Below, in pieces: positions 14,701-27,981 of a stretch of 64,000 nt of DNA. The stretch is from Eledone cirrhosa (lineage: Eukaryota). The stretch is from assembly GCA_964016885.1 (NCBI GenBank), contig OZ024746.1, forward strand, positions 9,610,001 through 9,674,000, written 5' to 3'. Below the pieces are notes generated by a model, which saw nothing but the letters and a program-made list of their open reading frames with translations, had not been told where the DNA came from and ran no database searches. How positions within the stretch are numbered: the stretch's first letter is position 1; each line of letters starts with the position of its first letter. Position numbers and translations under genes: made by a program.

Positions 14701-16882
14701 GCAAAGGTTTTGATAAATGTTTATTTTAATGTCAAATTATTGTAAAATATGTAATTGCAAAATTCCCCTTTGTATTCTTAACAATATTTAGACTGATGGG
14801 AAGGGCATCCTGCCATAGAAAGCTTGCCTAACAAAGAGTTAGGATTACCCTTCAGTTGTGTCAATGACATGACAACATCTCCTCTGCACTCAGTAGAATG
14901 TGAGACCATATAAAGTGAGATGCAAACCCCTGGTAATTTGTTTATGTCCGACCAGCATTAAAAAGTAAGTCTTGCAGTTTAGCAGTTCAACAAACAGCAG
15001 TTGTAAAAACCCAACTTGAAAATATAGCATGGGTTGGCATGAGAAAGGTCATCTGACCATAAAATAAAAACTCTTAGAAAGTCTCATCCAAACCATACCA
15101 GCATGAAAAAGTGGGTGTAAAACATTATAATGGTGAAAAGACTTTCTAACATTGTTTTTCTGTTTTCATAAAATTAATCTATTTGTGTTTATGCTAAACC
15201 ATTTGTATTCACTATAAATGGAGTAATCTATGACTTCAGTTAAATTATAATTTTCTTTTTAACGAAATCTTATATTATATTTTGTTTTCTGTTGGATTAT
15301 TTACCCCTTCATGGTCACTTGTTCTGCCATTTGAATTACTACAGATGCTAGTGATTACTGTCTCAAATAAGAATATTTTAAGACCAAGTATCATCAGTAT
15401 AGTTTAAAGTATTTACTTATGATGTTAAGCTATACATATCTGCAACTAACCAATTATTCATAGTAAATCAATGACTCAAGGACTTCTTATCTTTCAAAAG
15501 CATTATGTATGTATAGTTTTTTTCTACTTAAATGCATATATAAAAATATATCAGTATATGTAAGGTCTATATATGGTTGGCTGATGCATCTTTTTCATAT
15601 ACTTTAGGTTCATTCTACATATCAAGTGATAGTCACTAAAAAAATGCATTTTGAGCTTTCTTTGAGATTCATAATGTTACAATATTGACAATATTCATGT
15701 ATATATATATTTAAACTTTGAATCCTAGTAACATATTAGTAGTTTCTACACCAGTTGATTTCATGTGTTCTCTTTTTCACAGTTCTTTGGTATGACATTC
15801 ATATCACCCAGACATGTAATCTTCAAAACATTACACAATTTTTTCAAGTCTTAGTCCGATCTGTAATACTCATACTTTAGAGAAGCTTAAACAAATAGTT
15901 TGCAAATATTCATAGTTATTAAAACTGTATATGTCTTTGAAGCCGATTAGCAACTTGTATAGTTTTATCAGTATGGCATTGTTTAATATTATACTTTCTA
16001 GGAAGTTAGTACTTTGTTGACAGGTCTAGTCAGTGAATGCTGATATGTGTTATATCTTAAACAACATATTAACATTACCAACATCTATTATCATAATGTG
16101 GTTATTATAAAGAGGTTTCTATAACTTGCCTGGTCTGAGGAACAACAGAATATTCCTGTAATACTACAATAGAGTTCTGAAGACAGAAACTCATCACAGT
16201 ATTACTGTGTCATTTGGTTAATTTATTTTCCTTGAATCAACCTTGGTATCAAAGAAAGAATTCTTCATATTAAATGGTGCTTGCTTTTAAATAGTACGTG
16301 TACAATATAATAGACTTCCTCTAGCCTTTACACATTGTATTTCATTTGCACTTTTGCTTATCATCTTTTGTTGTATGCTAAACACACCCACAAGTCCTCT
16401 CTTTACACACATTTCTTCTCTCTTCAATTCACTCCTCTTTTTTTTTATTCAGCTCTTCTCTTTCTTAGCTTCTGTATATTTTTTTCATCACTTTTCTCCC
16501 TCAATATGTCAGTTGCTTTCTCTCTTTATTATTTTCTCTTTCTCAATAATGAACAATTAACACTAATCTTTATGAAATTAACCTGAATTAGGAAAAAGCT
16601 CATTCCAGAAGTAGAAGTGAAATCTTCTGATAACACCTGTTAAATTAATGATTTCAGATAAACACCAACTTCGTGTGGAATGGTTTATCAGCAGGGAGGA
16701 AAGTCTCTTTCTTCACTCTCTTAGTATTGAAGTATTATTGTGGCTTATTCAAAATCACTTAATTTTTATTTGGCACATTCCAGTCATTCATCGATAAACT
16801 TTGGCTATTTATAAAATGACTAATTGCACAAGGTTTTATGCAGTTTAGACAACAGGACACACACGTATGTATATATAATAAC

Positions 16883-17090
16883 ATGGTCGAGTGGTTAAGG
16901 TGTTGGGCTTTCAATCATAATGCCATAGGATCGATTCTTGGATCAGGTAGTACATAGTATTTTTTAGCAAAATATTTCATTGCATGCTGCTCCAATACAG
17001 TCAGCTGAAAATGAGTACCAACTGTAGTTGCAGGGGGAAGAGTTAACCCTGAAATGGACTGGCATCCTCTCTAGGTGGAGTATTGTACTC
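16883..17090 (+). mobile_element. Diverged tRNA-derived SINE (family S2, as at 42762)
   Basis: TGGTCGAGTGGTTAAGG A-box, GGATCGATTC B-box, and TCAGCTGAAAATGAG body. A similar copy lies at ~48925-49100. Confidence 0.65.
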
Positions 17091-17661
17091 TCTCTCTCTC
17101 TCTCTCTCCAAAATCCGAAGAAGACTTGATAAAGATTGTATATATAAACCCATACAGCAAATAGTTTCAGATCCTACTTCGGGTGAAAGCAGTAATTTAT
17201 TGCTTAAACTTTTAATCTGTACTAATAATTAAATTATGTATATATATATATATCATCAGCATTGTTTAATGTCTATTTTCCACACTTGCATGGGTTAGAT
17301 GAGGTGTCTTGCTCATACAGATCTGTATTTTGGCTTGGTTTTTATGGCTGGACACCCTTCCTAACACCAACCACATTACAGTGTGGACTGCATGTTTTTT
17401 ATTGTGGCACCAAAATGACCACCTTACAAGCTGAACTGGATGCTTATATATGAATATATATATATTATACAGGCAACACTACTTAATGTAATAGTGAACT
17501 AAAAACCAACTGTTAAAGAATTGAAAACATAAGTGGAGTGAGAAGAAAATTCATTAGTGTTAATGAAAATAATGTCTCACAGGAGGCAAGTGTGCAAATG
17601 TCTAACACTCAATTTAAACAAAAATTAAATTATGCAAAGTGTTAGCATCTTTCATAGGTAT

Positions 17662-17709
<48 letters not shown>

Positions 17710-17782
17710 CTTGGCACATGAATACAGAAATCTTCTAAATAACAAAAAGGTCAGTCATTGCATTTTGCAAACCCTATTTTCC

Positions 17783-17829
<47 letters not shown>

Positions 17830-17830
<1 letters not shown>

Positions 17831-18138
17831 TTCGTATTTCTAAAGGAACACGGTTTTAAGCTGTAGCTATGCAAACACTGGGGCTATCGCCCTCTGGTGG
17901 TGTCCAGCAGAAGCAAGGGGGACAACCGTCTATGCATTTCTGGATTGACTGGCCTTCCTCAGGACGGTACCTAAAATTTACAGATACGAGAAAACTATAT
18001 ATTCTCAACTGTTTTCAAATCCAGCAGTTGCAAGCAGTGGGAGGGACCGGTGTTTGCATAGCTACAGCTTCCTAAAACCGTGTTTCTTTAGAAATACGAA
18101 ATTTCTATACATATTTGTATAAAGCTATGCTTGAAGCG

Positions 18139-18143
<5 letters not shown>
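17830..18143. mobile_element. Fold-back element in (TA)n with an internal hammerhead
   Basis: Inverted arms 17830-17878 and 18050-18101, an unpaired ~40 bp tail 18102-18143, and (TA)n on both sides. Confidence 0.7.
17925..17968 (-). ncRNA. Minimal type I hammerhead ribozyme
   Basis: Minus strand ACCGTC-CTGAGGA-AGGCCAGTCAATCCA-GAAA-TGCA-TA-GACGGT. Helix I is 6 bp, the core is intact, helix III TGCA is palindromic, and helix II is weak. Confidence 0.7.
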
Positions 18144-18170
<27 letters not shown>

Positions 18171-18173
<3 letters not shown>

Positions 18174-19380
18174 TTAAGGATACTATTTATGGTTATGTAT
18201 ATACTAAAACTTTTTATAGTTATATATATTTTAAACCCTAAACAGTGAAAGACAGTAATTTATTACTACCTTATTACCAGTAAGATAAATAGCTCAATGT
18301 AATAACATCAGTTGTTCTACAGAGCAGTTATATAGAAATCACATGAATCAAAGTTCTGTTTAAACCATTTATTAGCTTACAATTGTTTCGTCCAAACCGA
18401 GGTTTGGAGTCTTCGGAGCAATTTTTCAATGATTGTTTACATACATGACCTCCTTTCCAACACAAGAGACGTACAGAAACATATGTATATATCGATACAC
18501 AGTGGGGTGACATCCATTATAATATTTTTGCATGGCAATTTAAATTCAAAAATTAAAATCATATTAAAACAAAATTAAAGTTAAAATACAACATCGGCAG
18601 TTTACGAAGATAATGCAAGAGGATAGTTTGTTAGTCAGTTGAAGTAGTTAGTGCATGCAATAGTTACATGTGGGGCATGCACGTGTGTCTTATTTATATA
18701 AGATTATTGTGCGGCAAGGTTTTATATGCAATACAAGCACTTTAAGTGGGTAATCAAGAGTATTATGGGGGTTGTAGTGGTAAAGTATTTTTTATGTATG
18801 ATAAAGAAGCTTGTGTGCAGAGAAATATTATAAATGAGAAGCAAGATAATATTATGGTTTTTGTATGCTTCTCATTTATAATATTTCTCTGCACACAAGC
18901 TTCTTTATCATACATAAAAAATACTTTACCACTACAACCCCCATAATACTCTTGATTACCCGCTTAAAGTGGTTGTATTGCATATAACACCTTGCCGCAC
19001 AATAATCTTATATAAATAAGATACACGTGCATGCCCCACGTGTAACTATTGCATGCACTAACTACTTCAACTGACTAACAAACTATCCTCTTGCATTATC
19101 TTCGTAAACTGCCGATGTTGTATTTTAACTTTAATTTTGTTTTAATATGATTTTAATTTTTGAATTTAAATTGCCATGCAAAAATATTATAATGGATGTC
19201 ACCCCACTGTGCATCGATATATACATATGTTTCTGGATGTCTCTTGTGTTGGAAAGGAGTTCATGTATGTAAACAATCATTGAAAAACTGCTCCGAAGAC
19301 TCCAAACCTCGGTTTGGACGAAACAATTGTAAGTTAATAAATGGTTTGAACAGAACTTTGATTCATGTGATTTCTATATA
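18171..19380. mobile_element. 1.05-kb palindromic element in (TA)n with a hammerhead-like motif on both arms
   Basis: Arms 18329-18843 and 18866-19380 with a 22-bp spacer and a few substitutions between arms. Unpaired ~158 bp tail at 18171-18328. The mirrored ORF-track peptides (18328-18513 and 19196-19462) confirm the symmetry. Confidence 0.85.
19290..19334 (+). ncRNA. Minimal hammerhead variant (mirror copy on minus strand at 18375-18419)
   Basis: GCT-CCGAAGA-CTCCAAAC CTCG GTTTGGAC-GAAA-CAATTG-TA-AG(T/C). Helix II is 7 bp, helix III is palindromic, and the triplet is GUA. The core has U4C in both arms and helix I is short. Confidence 0.6.
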
Positions 19381-19386
19381 TATATA

Positions 19387-19455
<69 letters not shown>

Positions 19456-21774
19456 ACTTTGAGAAAGAGAGATGGGTTTTCAAATGAAAACAAAATTGCT
19501 TTCAACACATTTTATGGGGTTTATATTTTTATAAGAAGTTTGACTCAGAATTACTTTGCTTCAAGATTTACAGGTGTGGGGAAAATACATTCTTGACCAT
19601 TCTGAAGTGAGGGTCTATATATATGTATATGGGGATCAGTTGTGTAAAATGATACCTAAGACAATGTTATTGAGTAGAGTGGTTAGAGGAGCAGAAGTTG
19701 TATATCCCTCAGGTGGTCAGCGATTGCAAATCAAAAAAGAGGGGGCACACAATTCAAAGACAAAAAAAAACAGACAGTCCCTTCTCTTCGGGCAATTTCT
19801 CGAAATCCTTCCAGTTTTGGTGCATTAAAGCTGATACTATTCATTCCAGTACACATGGGGCAATAACAGAACAAAACAGTGAGACATAGAACAAATTGTG
19901 CCATCCCACAAATAAAGCCAAAAGATATTTGCTGCAAACCAATGTACTTCAAATAAGAAAAAAAAAATTTAGGGAGAAAACATATAGGGAAAAATATATA
20001 GGGAGAAAAAAACGATTATTAGGAAGAAAAATATATTTTTTTCCTTATTTTTTTCTCTTTTTTTCTGGGTTAGAAAATGTTTAAAACAAAATATTTTACT
20101 TTGTGTGAAGTGTTAAGGTATTAGTTAATTTATTTATTAATTAACAATAGCATTGATTGATTTATTTATTAATTTATTTATTTAATGATATATATATATG
20201 TATGTGTGTGTGTGCATTAAGATGATATGGTGAGGTTTGTGGCAGATTTGGCACCATTTCTAACAGGTGAAATGATAAAGACATTGTGAGATGTTATTTC
20301 AACTGAAACAGCAGTACCAGTTGTGCTAAATAGACTGTTACAGTAATGTTAGTAGGAGGAGGAGGAATTGTTGAGTATTGTGTCTTGTGACGTGCCCACT
20401 TAGATCATTTGGTACTTTAGCAAGATCTGAGACTATCAATCTGATAATTGAATTCTAGACATTTATGATGGAAGTCGTTTTATATGCTACACACTCCTAC
20501 CATTGTAATACTAAAACAGCCTTTAAAATAACCAGATTTGTCATGAAACAAATTTTCTCTGCAGAAGTGTCTTTTTAACACTTTGAACAAACTGTCTGAT
20601 ATAAAACAGTTTGTTTTAAGATGTTTATATTCATCTAAACACCTTCCATAATAATATCTAAGAACCTTTAAGTTGTATTACAAGTTAATTATTTTACTAA
20701 ATCCCTTCAAATTTTTGACAATTTTCCAAATTATTCAAAAATTATAGGCAGTGACTTTCATTAGAAATATGGTGAAGCAAGCATTAAATCAGTAATCATG
20801 GGAGATACTAAAACTTCTCCCACTTCTTGTTTATTATAACAGCTCTATACTACTACTACTATGACACTAGCAACCACTACTACTGCAATAACACTTACAC
20901 TCTAATATCATTACCCAATAACCTATTATAAATAATGTCAAATGATTGATGTGTAATCACACTCTGTGTGTCAGCTGTTTGGCACAATATCTATCTGATC
21001 ATTACTTATGAAGTTCAGTAGACAATGAATTGGCAGAGCCATTAGGGTGCAGAACATGTTGTCTTATGGTATTTATTCTAACAGTCTGCACTCTGAGTTC
21101 GAATTGCACTGGGGTCAACTTTGCTTTTCATCCTTTGCGTGTTGATAAAATAAAGTATCAGTTCAGAGTGGTGGATTGTTGGAAGGTGTCTTATAGTAGT
21201 TTATCTAGCTCCATTTTCTAAGTTCAAATCATGTTTAATCTGTCACTCTGTTTAACACCTTAACCTGGTTTGGGGGTGCTTTTCGCCGAGTCTATTCTGT
21301 TTCAATTATTCAGACCAGGTCTATGGTTTGTGGATACTTTCTACCCTCTCACCAGCAGTCTTTGTGGCCCTGACAAGGGGTCATTGGCACAGCCCTTCCC
21401 TCCCTAACTAAACAGTAGAAAATAAACAGAGATTAAAGGCAAGATGAGTTTCTTTTTGCTTATATAGATAGAAATATGCAGATATTTGTTGAGTAGATCT
21501 ACAAATCTAAAGTTTTACTTCTGCTTGTTCATTAAATAAGCCATACAAAAATGTAAAACAAAAAAAACCTTGGTTGAAAGGTTAGTAAATCATAGTTGTT
21601 CATTATATGTGGTCTATAGTAAAGATACATATGTTATTGTTTACCACATTTTGTGAACAAATAGATTGTTGGTCCAACAAGCCAATCAATATTTCACAGT
21701 TTTTGAGATTGCAAGAGCAACATATACATATCTGTGTATGAGAGCCAGACAGAGAGATGAAATAGCTTATATCA

Positions 21775-22170
21775 TCACACATGGACATGCCCACAAAGTC
21801 AGAAAACAGCACAGTTCCCATGACTTTCGGAAACATTTTTCACGCTCAGAATTGCTGAAGCATGGAACAAACTACCTGCATCAGTTGTTAGCTGTCAAGA
21901 CAATGCATCCTTTAAAACCTACATGGAACAAACTACCTGCATCAGTTGTTAGCTGTCAAGACAATGCATCCTTTAAAACCTCCATGCTTCCTGAGATTCG
22001 CCAACACTACACCTAATGTTCCCCCTCCATACACACATGTATATCATGACTCATGCACTGTTCACTTCCCTGACATTTGTATATTATTCTATGTACTATA
22101 CATGCACCTTTGACGAGTTGTAGTGCACCTGAGCACTTTACACAATAATTTCATTATTATCATTATTATA
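21775..22170 (+). mobile_element. CR1-clade LINE 3' fragment
   Basis: Peptide HGHAHKVRKQHSSHDFRKHF..AWNKLPASVVSCQDNASFK resembles the CR1/L2 ORF2 C-terminus. Has an (ATT)n tail and an internal 60-bp tandem duplication (21861-21920 and 21922-21981). Confidence 0.8.
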
Positions 22171-22299
22171 TATTTGTGTTTACACATACACAACAAACAC
22201 ACACACCCACGACAAACACACATACACATATATGCATATATATATAGGGGGTTATATGTATAAACACAAACACACTTATGTGCTGATATATTGCCGTGG

Positions 22300-22650
22300 A
22301 AAATAGATGCAGTACCCCAGTAAGGTGGTTGTCAAAAGGAAGTGCATCCCACTGTCGAAACCATGCCGGAAGGGTTCAGAGGACACATCAGTTATGTTAA
22401 TGACATAACAACCTCTCTAATGCAGGTGATCTACATGAAAAGAACACATAGTACAGTCTGTAATGTGGTTGGTGATAGGAAGGACATCCAAATGTAGAAA
22501 GCCTGTCTAACAAATGATCAGAAGGACTTTTTAGTTGTGTGAAAGATATGACACCCTCCTTTCTCTTCTTGATCTATACCATAAAAGTACCCACTACACC
22601 TTGTAAAGTTCTTGGTGATATGAAGGACATCCAGCTATAATAAATCTGCC
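22300..22650 (+). repeat. Degenerate ~140-bp tandem units related to the RTE 3' UTR motif
   Basis: Repeated GTGGTTGGTG.TAGGAAGG.CATCCA..TGTAGAAA units. Similar arrays at ~14790-15130 and ~35330-35755. Confidence 0.55.
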
Positions 22651-22842
22651 AAATAAAGGATTGAGATGAATCGTCAACTTTATCGTGGCCAGCTTCATCA
22701 CTGTATGTGGGCAGGTTTATACACTAAATCCAGCCAACTCATGATATTACTTCTAGATGTGGGCCAAATACTATATATAGACAGATCGCATGGCTTACAC
22801 AGAGATAAATATATTCCTATTCTGATCTCCACTACTTATATC

Positions 22843-22929
22843 CACATCTGGTGAGCAAATCTCTTTCAGAGTCGAAGCTGATTGTAATTACGGCTACAAG
22901 CAGTTCATTTGTGAAACACGTGTTATGTG
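22843..22929 (+). ncRNA. Degenerate hammerhead ribozyme with a long helix II loop
   Basis: CACAT-CTGGTGA-GCAAAT..(46 nt)..ATTTGT-GAAA-CACGTG-TT-ATGTG. Helices I and II and the palindromic helix III are intact, but the core has A6G. A microsatellite follows ~45 bp downstream. Confidence 0.6.
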
Positions 22930-23479
22930 TGATTACAAACAGAATGTTAAAACTTTGATCTCTCATTCTTATTACACACACGCACATATATACACATATA
23001 TACACACATATATACACATATATATATATGTGTGTGTGTATATATATATATATGTGTGTGTGTATATGTATATATATATATATCATCATCATCATCATCA
23101 TCACCGTTTTACGTCCGTTCTTCCACGCTAGCATGGGTTAGACGGGTTGTCCTGTTGTGGGCAGTGTCTGGTCGGCTGACCATGCCTTGCTCATACAGGA
23201 ACTGATTTGGCTTGATTTCTACAGCTGGATGCCCTTCCTAACACCAACCTCGTTTACAGTGAGTGCTGGGTGCTTTTTTGTGGCGCCTACACGTCCACTT
23301 TAGAGTGTGGGCTGGGTGCTTTTTTGCCGTGGCACCTCCACGACCACCTTGCAGTGGGAGGGTGTGGAGGCATATTGTCTATATGCTTCAGCTTGTACCC
23401 ATGGGAGGTCGGGTACTCTGTATTACTATCATATATATATAATGATAACCACTATGCCTCATGTTTATTCAATTTTTAC

Positions 23480-23542
<63 letters not shown>

Positions 23543-25177
23543 TATGTGTGTACATGCATGTGTAATTGAGCAATTTCATTTTCTGAATTTGTATATTTAA
23601 AATATGAAAAAAAAATCTCCCCCAAACAGTTTCATCTGTCGAACAGTTATGAGTAATTTTACATTGATATGTTTCTGACAGCCAAATATTGTCTGATCAC
23701 TTATTGCTTGTTGGATAGATATGTAGATTTTATGTAGATTCCTTTCCACTTTCCTTCTTTTATTTATTATGTTTTTCTTATATATTGTTTAATGCTTGTT
23801 TAACTTCAGGTATATAGAATCAAGATTAATGCTTTCAAAGATAATTCTGTGAAAAGATGATGATTGCTTTCATCAGTGTCTTTGAAAACACTTTTGACAA
23901 GAGAATGTAAAAATTGAATAAACATGAGGCATAGTGGTTATCATTATCAGCAGTTCCACCAATAATTTACCATGAAGATTGATAAAATGCACAAATGCAA
24001 ATAATATGTTTTTCATGAAAATATTTGGCTTTTTTTTATGACATGTTCTCAAACTATTTTAGCTGTAATTATTATCAACTTTTTTTAAAACAGTATCTTT
24101 ACTATTAAGGTAAAATTATTTGAAAGATAGCAAACATTTCCAGTATTGCAAACTAAAAACTTCTAGTTTTACCTTATCTTGGTACTGAACGTCTGCTCTT
24201 CTGATTGTATCATTGGTTGACACATTGTGACAGCATTCTTAAAATCTGAATGCAGATGATTTCATCCAAAGAATAGGGAATAAAGGAAGAATTAACCCTA
24301 GTACTGAATTGGTGTTTATTAATTGACCTGAAAAGGATGAAAAGCAATGTTAACCTTAACTTAACAGGAATTGAACTCAGAAGGCAGACACTGCAAAATA
24401 TTCTATGTAATGTCCTAACGGTTCTGCCAGCTTGTTACCTTTCTAAACTTATAATACCTGCTCAATGGAGCACCTCTACATATAAATGGAATTCATGTTT
24501 TAACAACTATCCATTTTATTTCCTTGATTTATTCACTCAGTCTACTCTGTAAGGTGGTAGTGCTGGTGCCATGACAAAAAGCACTCAGTCCAAACTATAA
24601 GTTGGTAATGCCAGAGTATGATAAAATGCTCTCAGTACACACTGTAAAGTGCTTGGTTTAAATATATATATATATCCTGAAGAAGGGTTAAATCCTCACA
24701 CGTCAAACTTTCTTTCCCCTTTTCCATATAAAGCGTGAAATTAATAAGACTTTTTGTACCTCTGTTTGTCGTTTCCTTGAACAATATATATATATGTATA
24801 TATATATACATATATATACATATATATATATATATATACATATATATACATATATATATATATATACATATATATACATATATATATATATATACATATA
24901 TATACGGTGCCTTATGATGGTATGTGTATGTATACATGACCCAGTCTACACAGGTGCTTATGCAAGTGCTTGATCTGGGTGCTGACTCTGGGTGTGGTAT
25001 TGTGAAGTCTGTTGGTGCGTTTTAGATGGGGTTATGCTCACATATGTACTGTGAACCTGGGTATGCACAATGAATGTTGGGAAATAGTCTTCCCCTCCTG
25101 GATCGTGATGTCTATATATATATATATCATCATCATCATTTAACATCCATTTTATATATATATATATATATATATAT

Positions 25178-25334
25178 TAGTTACACAGGTACTTAAGTTT
25201 CGTTGGGTTATACACCTGAACTCATTTAGCCTGTTATATAACTTAAGTACCTGTATATGTCACTGTTGTAACTCATTATACTTAACTTGCCATATGGATT
25301 GAGTGCTCTTACATTTGCATATTTCTACCAAACT
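25178..25334. mobile_element. Small fold-back element in (TA)n with a degenerate hammerhead (minus strand, 25185-25234)
   Basis: Inverted repeat ACAGGTACTTAAGTT/AACTTAAGTACCTGT. The minus strand reads ACAGG-CTAAATGA-GTT..AAC-GAAA-CTTAAG-TA-CCTGT. Confidence 0.65.
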
Positions 25335-25355
25335 TATACTGCAGTATATATATAT

Positions 25356-25510
25356 ATCATCATCATCATAATTTTACTTCCGCTTTTTCCTGCTTGCAAG
25401 AGTGGGGTGGGTCCTATTCAGCACAGCATCTCTCCATTCGTCACCGTCCTTTGTCTTCTCCTCCATGAGATTCAGCAATCTGAGCTCAGTTCTCACCACC
25501 TCCGCCAATG
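25356..25510 (-). mobile_element. 5'-truncated RTE 3' end (second RTE family)
   Basis: The minus strand encodes AEVVRTELRLLNLMEEKTKDGDEWRDAVLNRT, similar to the C-terminus of ORF 31033-31623, followed by an (ATG)n tail. Opposite-orientation copies at 27465-27608 and 27136-27183. Confidence 0.75.
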
Positions 25511-25512
25511 TT

Positions 25513-25547
<35 letters not shown>

Positions 25548-27093
25548 GTGTGTGTGTGTTCAGTACATTTTGTAGAGTTTATTCTTTAAATCTTGTTGGA
25601 TATCTTATAGCTTTGCAAATTTTCTTGCTATTCCTGATAATTTGCTTAAGGAATCACGTATACTAAGTAGAAATAAATACACTCGCACACACACACATTA
25701 TTTGAACAAAATATTTTTTTCTAAAGCAATTTTGGATCACTGCTCATTGTATATCTATAAGATGTATTTCATCAAACTAGAGATCTTTATTATTAAGAAT
25801 CTAGTATTATACTTTAAAGCAGTAGCTGATATTTTGTATCCTTCATGCGTACATCCACATATTGTAGTCTTTATACAAACAATAAATGCTATTTGGATTA
25901 TACCTTATACTGAAAAAGCTGATTAAATACTTAAAATTTATTTTTAGAATATATTCTTGTTAAAACTTAAGTAGAATATTCTTAACCAAATATTTATTGT
26001 ATTATTCTCTCGGCATAAATGAATGGATAGATAGATGAATAGATGCATACATAGATGCTTAGCTAGACAAAGCAGATAGATGCTTGGATGGTTTGATGGG
26101 TGGATCTTTGTAGGTAGATGTATGGGATGTGGTGGGTGAGTGGTCTTTGTATAGGTAGCTATGTAGGTGCACTGGTAGTCAGTCAATCTATTTTTCTGTT
26201 TTTTATTACATTTTAAAAGATGTTTTATAAAGCATTAAATATCTTCCATAATCTCCAACAATACAGAACATAAATGAAGTTAGTTATCCGAGGCTTTTAG
26301 CTAAAGATGATCATAGCATTTTTAACTTAGTGAATCTATCTCTTTTCTCCTGCAGTGAACAGTATGGGGTAAAGTAAATAGTGTAGTTTAGAATCCCTCA
26401 TTTAATTCATACATATTGACAGTAACTTGAAAATAGTATTTTATTAACTAGAAGCAGATGGTTTCTACATTATATTTGTATTTTTTGTATTTACTTAAAT
26501 AAAAAAAAATTCTCATATTTTCCATATATTTACTTACTATCTTTAGTGAAGTGACAATGTGAAATAATTGCCATCGATATTACTAATACTCAAACTAAAG
26601 AGGGAGTTTGTATGAGGTTGTTCAGCCTGCAAGAAATACCAGCTTAATCTTTCTCAATGTTCCACTGTTTGTAAAACACATTAGATAATGAAGGACTAGA
26701 TACACTATGTATGTAAATAAAAACAAAAATTATGATAATTGTTAGAAGTTGAGGTGTGGGGGGTGGGGATAAAAATGACAAAATAAACTCACACAGATAA
26801 ACATTGATTATGGTATGATTTCAATGCAATAAATATTTCATTAAAGAGCCAGCAAGAAGGCTTTTACACATCCACTTGACCTGCTAGATATAAGAGCCAA
26901 ATCTCCCACAAATCATACCTTAATGGCTAATAAAAAATAAAAGACACATTGGACAATGGTAGGCTTAGATATACAAGAGAAGATGGTCATGTTTGTAATG
27001 CTTTTTAGATCAGACCTCTACCAAGGCTAAACAATGTAACATCCATCAAACTCTTGGATTCTATACATCATTTTTTAGGGTGATCTATATGTG

Positions 27094-27136
<43 letters not shown>

Positions 27137-27883
27137 ATTGCAAGCAGGAAAAATCAGACGTAAAATGATGATGATGATGATGATATAGATTTATGATGGA
27201 GAATCAAAGGCACTTAACATTTTTTATTCCTTACCAGTTGTTTCATCTGAATGGGCGACGCATGTGTATTCAGAGATGAATTTACAATATATTACTCCTA
27301 TTTTTTATATATATATATATACGTAGTTTAGAAAGCCACAACAATGCAGAGGGAAATCTCGAGGTAGGAAGTGAATGATAGATAGGAGAAATAGGAGAAA
27401 GTGAAAATTGAGAGAGACAAAGATGAAAACAAAACAAAGGTAGAAGGGTTACCGTAATATATATGGTGAGAGCAGACCTCAGATCGCTGAAACTCATGGA
27501 GGAGATGACAAAGGACCGTGACAAGTGGAGAGATGCTGTGCTGAATAGGACCCGTCCCACCCTTGCAAGCAGGGAAAAGCGGACATAAAATTATGATGAT
27601 GATGATGATATGTGTGTGTGTGTATGTGAGAGAGAGAGAGAAAGAATGTATGTTTGTCTGGATGGGTATATGTGCAAGCACACACAAATACTAGTTATTA
27701 GAATAGGAGTACAGTGTATCACTGCATACCATAAGAAACAAATAAAAAGGTTTATTGTCAAGAAGGGCATTCGGGGGTTAAATATTGTCTCCAGGTGTCC
27801 ATCCAACCCATGCCAAGATGAAAATTGGACATAAAGATGATGGCAATGTGAAGAAAGTACAGATGTGTGTGTGAGTGCCTGTG

Positions 27884-27934
<51 letters not shown>

Positions 27935-27938
27935 ACAT

Positions 27939-27974
<36 letters not shown>

Positions 27975-27981
<7 letters not shown>

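Noticed and set aside
17104-17200. ATCCGAAG...CTTCGGGT-GAAA-GCAG-TA as a hammerhead 3' half
   Set aside because: No CUGANGA box or helix I found upstream.
18328-19462. Two nearly identical small ORFs on opposite strands (MSPHC..)
   Set aside because: They result from the palindrome. There is no recognisable domain, and the plus copy runs into (TA)n.
24676-24783. CTGAAGA-AGGGTTAAATCCT-CACA-CGTC between (TA)n tracts as a hammerhead
   Set aside because: The GAAA box reads CACA and helix I is absent. It may be a decayed member but is not supportable alone.
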